Part shown: in pieces, positions 50,966 through 58,786 of the stretch | Layout: each line of letters starts with the position of its first letter | How positions within the stretch are numbered: position 1 is the first letter of the stretch | Virus record (IMG/VR): IMGVR_UViG_2687453341_000008 | DNA length: 64,000 nt | Reading direction: 5' to 3' (one strand) | Origin: a virus | Lineage: Duplodnaviria > Caudoviricetes | Translations under genes and position numbers: made by a program | The notes under the pieces: generated by a model | Database searches by the model: none | Seen by the model: only the letters and a program-made list of their open reading frames with translations | What the model was told of the DNA's origin: nothing

Positions 50966-51772
50966 TTAAGCTTTGTTTGTTATCGAACTGCGGAACAGCA
51001 GACGTAAATGTCTGCAGCCATCGCGAAAGCTTCTTAAATGCGGCCTCCTGTCTCGCCCATCACGATGCAGCTTCACTGGAATCTCGTCCATACGAAGCTT
51101 CATTTGCCCCGCTCGCAAAACCATCTCGCTCGCAAATTCCATACCCGAGCTACGCAGCCCCAGCTGCAAAATCGCCTCGCGATTGAATCCGCGAAGCCCA
51201 CAGTGCCAATCGCGGCAAGGTGTACGATACAGAAGCCGACCAATACCACTCAATACGGGATTGCCAATGTATCGATGATGCCACGGCATTGCGCCATGCT
51301 CAATCCCGCCGAGGAATCGATTGCCAAGAACAAGCTCATAACCGCATTCAAGCTTGTCGATAAAACGAGGCACTTCACCGAAGTCGTAACTACAATCACT
51401 ATCACCCATGACAATATACTTTCCACGAGCGGTGGCGATCCCTCCCATTAGTGCCGCACCATACCCCTTCAAATCGACATGCACAACGCATGCACCGTTG
51501 GAGCTTGCAATGTCCTGCGACCCATCCGTACTGCCGTTGTCAGCAATGATTATCTCATAACCGACCGAAGCATTGACTGCCAATTCGTCGGGTCCGATTG
51601 CGTGTTTGGCCAAAGCGAACCTGCAGCCTACGTGCGCTTGATTAATGCATCCACCTATCGTTCTCGACTCGTTTAAACAGGGCATAACGACCGATATCAG
51701 AATGTCATTATCGAATTTTTCCGATCTTGAACTAGCATCTACAGCGACGACATGAGGTAATATGGTATTCAT
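50966..51772 (-). CDS. GT2 glycosyltransferase (polyprenol-phosphate sugar synthase-like)
   Basis: ISVVMPCLNE, ADNGSTDGS, GYGAAL, MGDSDCSY, GMEFASEM. Confidence 0.92.
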   Translation of the reverse strand: MNTILPHVVAVDASSRSEKFDNDILISVVMPCLNESRTIGGCINQAHVGCRFALAKHAIGPDELAVNASVGYEIIIADNGSTDGSQDIASSNGACVVHVDLKGYGAALMGGIATARGKYIVMGDSDCSYDFGEVPRFIDKLECGYELVLGNRFLGGIEHGAMPWHHRYIGNPVLSGIGRLLYRTPCRDWHCGLRGFNREAILQLGLRSSGMEFASEMVLRAGQMKLRMDEIPVKLHRDGRDRRPHLRSFRDGCRHLRLLFRSSITNKA

Positions 51773-52311
51773 GCCTTCAACTCCGGACGAAACGAGAGCA
51801 AGAACTGAATCTCGACAATGCGAATAGTTGAGTCAGATAATCTGATGGACAACTCGACAGCCAATGATGATATTCGACGCTCACCTGCAGAAGCCGGCTT
51901 TGTCACGAAATCGATACGAATCGCTTCTTTTTGTAGATTTGCCGATGCTTGGTACTTGACAACGCTAGGAACAGCACATTCACATGATGACCACACGGAG
52001 GCAATTGCCGAGTCAGCTATTTTCAGCTTTTCAGTCGGAATGGCGACATAACTGGTCTCGCCTGCGAATACAACTCCAAGGTCATAGAGTATTTTGCTAT
52101 CGAATGTGTTGGCTGATTGAATCGTACCCGCATACGCACAATCAGCACGAGATGAAGTTTCGACCGCAGACCGATTGCACCCAATCGTCATCGTCGCAAT
52201 CGCTGGCAATAGAGATAACGTAAAACTCCGCAAAATCGGAAGGGCATGATGGGATGATGACATAATGGGCATGAAGGATTCCGAAAAAAAGGATCGGGTT
52301 GCTGGAATCAA
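51769..52311 (-). CDS. Probable lipoprotein, DUF1573-like
   Basis: TIGC lipobox-like site; YDLGVV and SSCEC motifs; start uncertain. Confidence 0.55.
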   Translation of the reverse strand: MIPATRSFFSESFMPIMSSSHHALPILRSFTLSLLPAIATMTIGCNRSAVETSSRADCAYAGTIQSANTFDSKILYDLGVVFAGETSYVAIPTEKLKIADSAIASVWSSCECAVPSVVKYQASANLQKEAIRIDFVTKPASAGERRISSLAVELSIRLSDSTIRIVEIQFLLSFRPELKA

Positions 52312-52660
52312 TCTATAGGAGTATTGGAACGATTCCGATAGTCCGTGTCAAGTTTTTTCTCGAAAGATTTTTCTCCGCCCTATGCAAAAGCTAGATTGCA
52401 TCGAGCAAGGTGATTTTCCGAACGAAATAGCTGAGGGATCGAGAGCAGTTGGAATCAGGTTTGAGATAGCACATTGATCATTTTTGGGTGCAGATGGCTG
52501 CGGTGCAGATGGATGTTCGCTTTGCGCGCAGCAGTAAGCTCAAAACTGAAGTGAATGTATCGAAGAAAGTGGAACGATGATTTGAGCTACGCCGCTCTGC
52601 GGCTATAGCTCTTGAGCAGTCCACCGAGCCAATTCTGTAAAGCCATCATTTTCGACGCTC

Positions 52661-53232
52661 TAAATAGGTCCACACGATTCCAGGTGCGCTATGCAGCAAG
52701 CGCAAATGTGTTTCGCATGTCTGCATAATGATTGTTGTTGCATGTCAGCCAGTCACATGCAAGTGCGGCGAGTTCTTCCATCGTTTTGCATCGATGGTTT
52801 CTTGTGATCGTTTCGTGCAGATGCCACCATACTCTTTCAATCGGATTCGTTTCCGGTGAGTAGGCTGGCAGGAAGTGGATTCGGATTCGATGTCCCCACT
52901 CCGCCAAATATGTCTGTACATTCTTCGATTTATGGAACGAAGCGTTGTCTCAAATCGCATGGATGCGCGAGTAACTTCGCAGTCGACGACGTAGGTCGTC
53001 CAAGTGTGTTAAGAACAAGGTCGAATTTCGTCCGGCTTGTGGTTCGCCTACCAGTAGCGTTCCCGTTCTCCAAACCAACGAGCCCGAAAGGTAAAGTTTG
53101 CGATTGTTCCCAGGTGTCTCAACTTCTGCCTGTAAACCACGAACCATCCATTGACTGCCAATCTTTGGGTTGAGATTGATGTCCACTTCATCCTGGAAAA
53201 CAGCAACTTCGTTCGCTGGCATAGAATGCAAG
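52661..53232 (-). pseudogene. IS630-family transposase remnant
   Basis: FQDE...IHAI*DNASFH...LPAYSPETNPIERVW; in-frame TGA at 52952-52950; 5' part removed at the IS21 boundary. Confidence 0.85.
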
Positions 53233-53303
53233 TGTCAGTGAGCGCCTAAAAGGGGCCAGTTAGGGGCGCTTCAAAAGGGGCAAGTTCGACAAGAAAGGCA
53301 TGG

Positions 53304-54944
53304 TTGACTCAGATAGCGGGTTTCTTTTGGAACCCGACTATGGAGTGTGCCGTGGTACGTCGGCTGGATATGGATAAAAGACAGGGAATTGAGCAGCTTT
53401 TTGCTTCAGGAATGAGCATGCGGCAGATCGCCCGCACCCTCGGAATCAACCGAAAGTCCGTTGCTCGCCACTTGGCTGCTCTTAGCTCAAAAGGGGCCAG
53501 TGCAGCCGAAGCGCCCATCGACGAAGCGCTCACCGGGCCCGATGATTCAAAAGGGGCCAAAGCGCCCACCGGGTCCAAATTCCTGGAATCGGGTCATTCG
53601 GCCTCTAAAATAGAAAGCACTTCCGCGTCGCTATCCCGCAGCGAGTGCCGTTTATTTCGAGACCTCATCGTAGCCAAAATTGAGCGTGGGCTCTCTGCTC
53701 AGCGGATCTACCAAGACCTAGTGACCGACCATGGTTTCAACGCCAAGTACCACTCGGTTCGCCGGTATGTAGCATCTTTGACCCAATCCAAGGTACTTCC
53801 TGTCCGTCGCATCGAAGTCGATGCCGGGCATGAGATGCAGATCGACTACGGCCAGGGCGCACGCTGCCTGGACCACACCGGTAAGCTTCGCAAGACGTAC
53901 GTCTTTCGTTTGGTTTTGAGCCATTCTCGCAAAGGTTACACCGAAGCCGTTACAAGGCTAACAACCGAATCGCTAATTCGTTCTTTGGAGAACGCATTTC
54001 GTGCCTTGGGCGGCGTTCCCAAGATTGTAGTGTTTGACAATGCGCCTTCGGCGGTAAAGCAGGCTGATTGGTACGACCCGGAACTCAACCCCAAAATCAT
54101 CGCCTTCTGCAAGCACTATAACATTGCATTTCTACCGACTCGACCGGGTACTCCAGAGCATAAGGGCAAGGTCGAGCGTGGAGTTGATTATGTTCAAGAG
54201 AACGCGATCAAAGGGATGACCTTCGAGAGTCTAGCTCTCCAGAATCAGCATCTACTTCAATGGGAGAAGAACGTGGCGGATACTCGTATTCACGGCACGA
54301 CCAAGAAGCATGTTGGTAAGCAATTCATCGAAGTCGAGAAGGCAACTTTAGGACCATTACCATCGGAACCATTTCCCATCTATGACGAGGGAATTCGTAA
54401 AGTCAGCCGCGATGGACACGTTGAAGTCAAAGGCTCGTTCTATTCTGCTCCACCGGAGTACTTAGGATGTGAAGTTTGGATGCGATGGAATGATCGAGTC
54501 GTTCGCATGCTTAATCATCGGCAAGAGCAAATCGCCTTACACCCGCGGATGGAGAAGGGGAAATTCAGCACTTTGTCGGAACATATTGCCCCGTCGAAGA
54601 TCAATGGAATTGAACGCGGAGCCCGGCATTTAATGCAAAAAGTCAGGCTTATTGGCCCCAACACGACGCGTTGGGCCGAAGAGGCCATCAATGAGCGTGG
54701 AGTCCACTCCATGCGAACCATTCAAGGCGTCTTGGGTCTGACTCGCAAGTACAAAAGCGCTGCCATCGAAGACGCATCCGACACAGCTTGGCGCAGCGGT
54801 AGTTTCACCTACCGCACGATTAGACGGCTTTTAGAGCACCGCGGAGCCAAGCAAGAGACCATGGAGTTCATGGACGAGCATCCGGTCATTCGATCGATTC
54901 TCGAGTATGACGAGTTCTTTAAACGGGCACTAGCACGAGGCTAA
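53304..54944 (+). CDS. istA: IS21 transposase IstA (start probably further downstream)
   Basis: N-terminal HTH, MQIDYG, VFDN, KGKVERGV, TRIHGTT. Confidence 0.93.
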   Translation: MTQIAGFFWNPTMECAVVRRLDMDKRQGIEQLFASGMSMRQIARTLGINRKSVARHLAALSSKGASAAEAPIDEALTGPDDSKGAKAPTGSKFLESGHSASKIESTSASLSRSECRLFRDLIVAKIERGLSAQRIYQDLVTDHGFNAKYHSVRRYVASLTQSKVLPVRRIEVDAGHEMQIDYGQGARCLDHTGKLRKTYVFRLVLSHSRKGYTEAVTRLTTESLIRSLENAFRALGGVPKIVVFDNAPSAVKQADWYDPELNPKIIAFCKHYNIAFLPTRPGTPEHKGKVERGVDYVQENAIKGMTFESLALQNQHLLQWEKNVADTRIHGTTKKHVGKQFIEVEKATLGPLPSEPFPIYDEGIRKVSRDGHVEVKGSFYSAPPEYLGCEVWMRWNDRVVRMLNHRQEQIALHPRMEKGKFSTLSEHIAPSKINGIERGARHLMQKVRLIGPNTTRWAEEAINERGVHSMRTIQGVLGLTRKYKSAAIEDASDTAWRSGSFTYRTIRRLLEHRGAKQETMEFMDEHPVIRSILEYDEFFKRALARG

Positions 54945-54949
54945 TCACA

Positions 54950-55762
54950 ATGGACAACAATCTACTTTCAACGCTAAAGAAACTACGCATGTCAGGCTTG
55001 GCCAATACGCTTGAGATCCGCCTTCACGAAGCGGCGACCACAGGCCTGAGTCATCGCGAGTTCCTGGAGTTGCTTCTCCAAGACGAGCTGCTCCTACGCA
55101 ACGATCGGTTGATCAATCGTCGCATCGCAATGGCGGGCTTTCGCGACACGAAAAGGCTTGAGGATTTCGACTTCAGCTACAACCCATCGATCAAAAAAAG
55201 CCAAGTCTTTGATCTGGCCACGTGTCGCTTCATTCGAGAGCGGCGTGACGTTCTATGGGTTGGACCTCCTGGGACCGGTAAAAGTCACTTATGCCAAGCG
55301 TTGGGACTCTGCGCCATTCGTTGCGGACTGACGGTGTACTACCGGTCAATCTTTGATACGGTTCGGGACTTCCTTCACGATGAAGCTATGGAGGGCCATG
55401 ATCGGATCCTGCAACGCTACCTGAAGCCTGACTTGCTGATCATCGACGACATGGGAATGAAGCAACTGCCCAAGCGTTCAGGCGAGTACTTGTTCGAGAT
55501 CATCATGCGTCGACACGAGGTAAAATCGACGATGATGACAAGTAATCGTCCGCTTGAAGATTGGGGTAAATTGATCGGCGACGTACCCAGTGCTGGCGCG
55601 ATCTTGGACCGGTTCTTGCACCGCTCTGAACTGTTCCAGATGACGGGTCGAAGTTACCGGCTGGGATCGAGCGAAAATAATTCAAAAGGGGCCAAAGCGC
55701 CCACCGGGTCGGACGCCGATAAACAAGTATCAAGCAAGGCCTCAAAAGGGGCCAATTCGTAA
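54950..55762 (+). CDS. istB: IS21 helper ATPase IstB
   Basis: GPPGTGKSHL, LLIIDDMG, TSN, AILDRFLH, GRSYR. Confidence 0.95.
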   Translation: MDNNLLSTLKKLRMSGLANTLEIRLHEAATTGLSHREFLELLLQDELLLRNDRLINRRIAMAGFRDTKRLEDFDFSYNPSIKKSQVFDLATCRFIRERRDVLWVGPPGTGKSHLCQALGLCAIRCGLTVYYRSIFDTVRDFLHDEAMEGHDRILQRYLKPDLLIIDDMGMKQLPKRSGEYLFEIIMRRHEVKSTMMTSNRPLEDWGKLIGDVPSAGAILDRFLHRSELFQMTGRSYRLGSSENNSKGAKAPTGSDADKQVSSKASKGANS

Positions 55763-55837
55763 TCGACCACATCAATAACCCAAAGTGGCCCCTTTAGAAG
55801 CGCCCAACAGTGGCCCCCTTTGAAGCGCTCAATGACA

Positions 55838-56286
55838 TTCCATTTCGCCTGACTCTGTAGTAATGCATCTCGCAGTATCCGGCGAGCTTCCTCGTAGCTT
55901 CTCTCTTGCACCCGTCGACGCTGCAAATTTTCAATCCACTCATCTACTTCCTCTTGAGTAACTCTTCGCGGAGCCATTAGGGATTTATCTCGCAACCGCA
56001 ACCAAGCATTGAGGTCGTAGTTCCAGGGGTCCGAGATTTTTTTAATCGCCAATTGCATAGCGTGGGGGGCTGCTGCGAGTATCTGCTCGTGACAGTAGCT
56101 ATCAACCAGCATGTAGTTACACCGGTGCCCCCAGCATTTGACCGCGTGAGACCGCCTCTCAATTTCATGGACTGCGAGTGGAGGCCAAGAGGACGAACCG
56201 CCGCAACTCATGCAACGCTGTGGATGTTCCAATCGCCAGCTTTCACGATCCTCCAACACACTTTTGAGGTACGCATCTGCCTGCAT
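55838..56286 (-). pseudogene. HNH-like phage protein, C-terminus cut by IS21
   Basis: CMSCG...VHEI...NYMLVDSYCHE; frame runs into the IS21 right end. Confidence 0.55.
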
Positions 56287-56292
56287 GTAAAT

Positions 56293-56895
56293 TTACGTTG
56301 CCACACGAATAGACGAAAAAACCTTCTTGCGGAATCGACTGACCTCCCTATAAACGGCCTGGACACTGACGCCAAGGCTTTCCGCGATTTGCGGCTTCCG
56401 AACGCCGTTCATCATCATGTCTACGACTGCTCGAGTTCTACGTCCTTCCGCGGAAGCCAAATCTAGATAGTTCTCTAATTTTTCGGCCATCATCGCTGAC
56501 TCTTCCGCGCTTGGGGAATACCGCGTGAGGCACGGCAGAAGTACCCCGCGAAACGAACTGCTGTTATCGCCCGGGAGAAATGTTTTCGCGGCTAGGTCGC
56601 CAGATCGCTTTTGCGTCGTCAATTTCTCAATTTCCCTGTAAGTTGCACTTCGAGCGATGCAAGAAACCCATCGTAAATAGGCGTGGTAGGTCTCAGCCTT
56701 GCACCTGCTCGATAGCGTCATCGAGACTTCGGCAAGCGTTATCTGCACAACATCATCAATATCTAGTTTCGACTGAAATCGACTGCCAAGAAAGCTCTTC
56801 ACGATTACGAAAGCATACCACTGTGAGCTTGCGATTAAGTCATTCAAGGCTGCAGCCGATCCGGCTTTTGCCTCGCGAAGCAATTCGTCGTTCAT
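56293..56895 (-). CDS. ECF-like sigma-70 factor
   Basis: AKAGSAAALNDL, DIDDVVQ, region-4 HTH QIAESLGVSVQAVYREVSR. Confidence 0.8.
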   Translation of the reverse strand: MNDELLREAKAGSAAALNDLIASSQWYAFVIVKSFLGSRFQSKLDIDDVVQITLAEVSMTLSSRCKAETYHAYLRWVSCIARSATYREIEKLTTQKRSGDLAAKTFLPGDNSSSFRGVLLPCLTRYSPSAEESAMMAEKLENYLDLASAEGRRTRAVVDMMMNGVRKPQIAESLGVSVQAVYREVSRFRKKVFSSIRVAT

Positions 56896-57030
56896 CTTGA
56901 AATCCTGGTGTGGGTGGAACAGGTCCTACTGTGATACCTAGAAAGGACGGAAATCTCCACAGCTGTTTACACACGAATTCAAGATTTTTCCTCCTCACGC
57001 GCCGTGCCGTTCCCGGCCAAATGCCGTCGC

Positions 57031-58116
57031 TCAGCTCCGCGCCATCGGCATGACGACGTACCGGTAGAGCGAGCTAAACGCGAGCATCACCGGGACATTT
57101 CCGTCTTTCACGTACATGGTCGACTGGGACTTAGCAGGCAACGCCTTGAAAAAGTCAGCCAAGTAGACGTGATTCACATTTACCGCTACGGGCTCGTAGT
57201 CGTACTGGATCGGAACTTCGACGTTCGACTCCCCCGATTCGGTTTTCGAACTTACTGACACCTTTCCTGCATCAAACGCGAACTCAACCGACCGGCTTTC
57301 CTTATCGGCGGCGATCGCGGCTTGCCGAATCCCCGAGAACATCTCCTCGACATCCAGAATGACTTCCTTTGCGTCTGTCACACTTGGAAGAACCTGCCGC
57401 CAGTTGGGAAACTTGCCTTCAATGAGATGCGTCGAGAAGGCGCAATCTCCCATGTCGGCCCGCAGCTCGGTTTCCGAGAACCTTAAAGTCACGTCATCCG
57501 ACTCTCCCGCAAGCCCGAGCATAGAAACAAGAACCCGCAGTGCCCTCGCAGGGACAATGTAAACGCCAATTTGAGCATTTCCTTCGCACGCTAACTCGAA
57601 GGCCGACAATCTATGGCCATCCGTTGCCACACACTCCAGGGACCCACGCCCAAGATCGAACGCCACGCCTCCTAGTTGGTAACGAGCACTCGACTCGTCG
57701 CAAGCGAACTCGGTTGCGCGGATCGCGAACAGCAGCGCCCCCGCTTTGACTTGGACCGCCGCATCGGGACATGGCATGGTCACTGGGAATTCATCCGGAC
57801 TGGAGGCCCCAAACTGAAACCGAGCCCTGCCGCACTGTACCTTCACGTGCTTGCCGTCATCGATATTGAACTCGATTTCGTCACCTTTACACTCGTTGAG
57901 AACCGAGTGCACTTTACTTACCGGGAGAAGAGTTCGAAGATCGCCTTCAACGTCCACCTTGGCTTGCAAGTAGACCTCCCCGTCGGACGCGGTAAGAGTC
58001 GCTTTCCCGCCAGCGGCTGAGAGATGGACATTGGTAAGGATCTCTTTGTGTCGATTGTTGGCGACACGCGCAACGACCCCAAATACCCTTTTGAACTCGG
58101 CTGTACTAGCTCGCAT
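57031..58116 (-). CDS. dnaN: DNA polymerase III beta sliding clamp (phage copy)
   Basis: VATDGHRL, LIEGKFPNW, C-terminal YVVMPM. Confidence 0.93.
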   Translation of the reverse strand: MRASTAEFKRVFGVVARVANNRHKEILTNVHLSAAGGKATLTASDGEVYLQAKVDVEGDLRTLLPVSKVHSVLNECKGDEIEFNIDDGKHVKVQCGRARFQFGASSPDEFPVTMPCPDAAVQVKAGALLFAIRATEFACDESSARYQLGGVAFDLGRGSLECVATDGHRLSAFELACEGNAQIGVYIVPARALRVLVSMLGLAGESDDVTLRFSETELRADMGDCAFSTHLIEGKFPNWRQVLPSVTDAKEVILDVEEMFSGIRQAAIAADKESRSVEFAFDAGKVSVSSKTESGESNVEVPIQYDYEPVAVNVNHVYLADFFKALPAKSQSTMYVKDGNVPVMLAFSSLYRYVVMPMARS

Positions 58117-58312
58117 TTCGCATCACCTTTTCACGCAGAACAGGAACTTCCTTGCGGGCACGTACCACCACGGTCACTTTTCGCCCGCCACACCTTGAAA
58201 TCTCAATTTCGCTGTCTCCAACGAAAAAACGCTCACCCTTTTCGATCTGCAGAACCAACGTTCCCCTATCGGATGCTTTGGTAATACCGTTCGTTTTCGC
58301 TTCGTTCTTCAT
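58106..58312 (-). CDS. CsrA-like RNA-binding protein
   Basis: LVLQIEKGERFFVGDSEIEI...VRARKEVPVLRE. Confidence 0.65.
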   Translation of the reverse strand: MKNEAKTNGITKASDRGTLVLQIEKGERFFVGDSEIEISRCGGRKVTVVVRARKEVPVLREKVMRNAS

Positions 58313-58607
58313 GCCAGAAATCCTTTTGCTGTTCTTCAAATAGCCGAGCTTGCCGTTGAAGCTCTTTGCGCCATTCACCATCGACTCCATTCAGCAGCCC
58401 CTCTTGGATCTCATCATCTCGAGCGAGGTCCGCCCAATAGCCGAGATCGCAAACCCAATGAGACTGCCCATATTCGCGAACAAGTCTATGCGCCAAAGAC
58501 TCGAGGCACGCACCCCTCAGGAGCCGAACCACAAACGCAAGTGCCACATTCGGGATGCCACTCAGTTCGTCTTCGGTTAAGCCTGAAAGCCAGTTTTGGT
58601 CGTACAT
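58266..58607 (-). CDS. Phage hypothetical protein
   Basis: Co-oriented acidic ORF starting MYDQNW. Confidence 0.5.
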   Translation of the reverse strand: MYDQNWLSGLTEDELSGIPNVALAFVVRLLRGACLESLAHRLVREYGQSHWVCDLGYWADLARDDEIQEGLLNGVDGEWRKELQRQARLFEEQQKDFWHEERSENERYYQSIR

Positions 58608-58786
58608 GTTTCTTGCTCGTCGGTAAATGAATTGACTCAACCAACTAGGCCGGAAATGGGCACGATTTGTTTCAACTTGCTCGAAAAGAATTGCGGAGCG
58701 ACGAGCAAACCCACCGCTCCGCAATCTGCCGCTGACACCCACTGCCAACGGCAGGCTGTAAAGAAAACAGGATCGAGCCTACCAAA

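Larger units (their letters stand above)
53233..55837 (+). mobile_element. IS21-family element
   Basis: TG...CA termini, IRs TGTCAGTGAGCGC / GCGCTCAATGACA with repeated AAAGGGGC motifs; no target duplication. Confidence 0.92.

Noticed and set aside
52587-52594. CTACGCCG as distant partner of the IS66 left flank (composite transposon duplication)
   Set aside because: Not adjacent to any IS66 end and lies within a local hairpin; an 8-mer match is plausible by chance in 64 kb
52950-52952. Recoded TGA or programmed read-through in IS630 transposase
   Set aside because: Element is already 5'-truncated and TGA is used as stop elsewhere; a nonsense mutation is simpler
55654-55837. C-terminal part of the 210-aa ORF 55654-56286
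   Set aside because: Chimeric read-through into the IS21 right end
57031-58116. Chromosomal origin region
   Set aside because: No dnaA, recF or gyrB nearby; gene is embedded among phage genes
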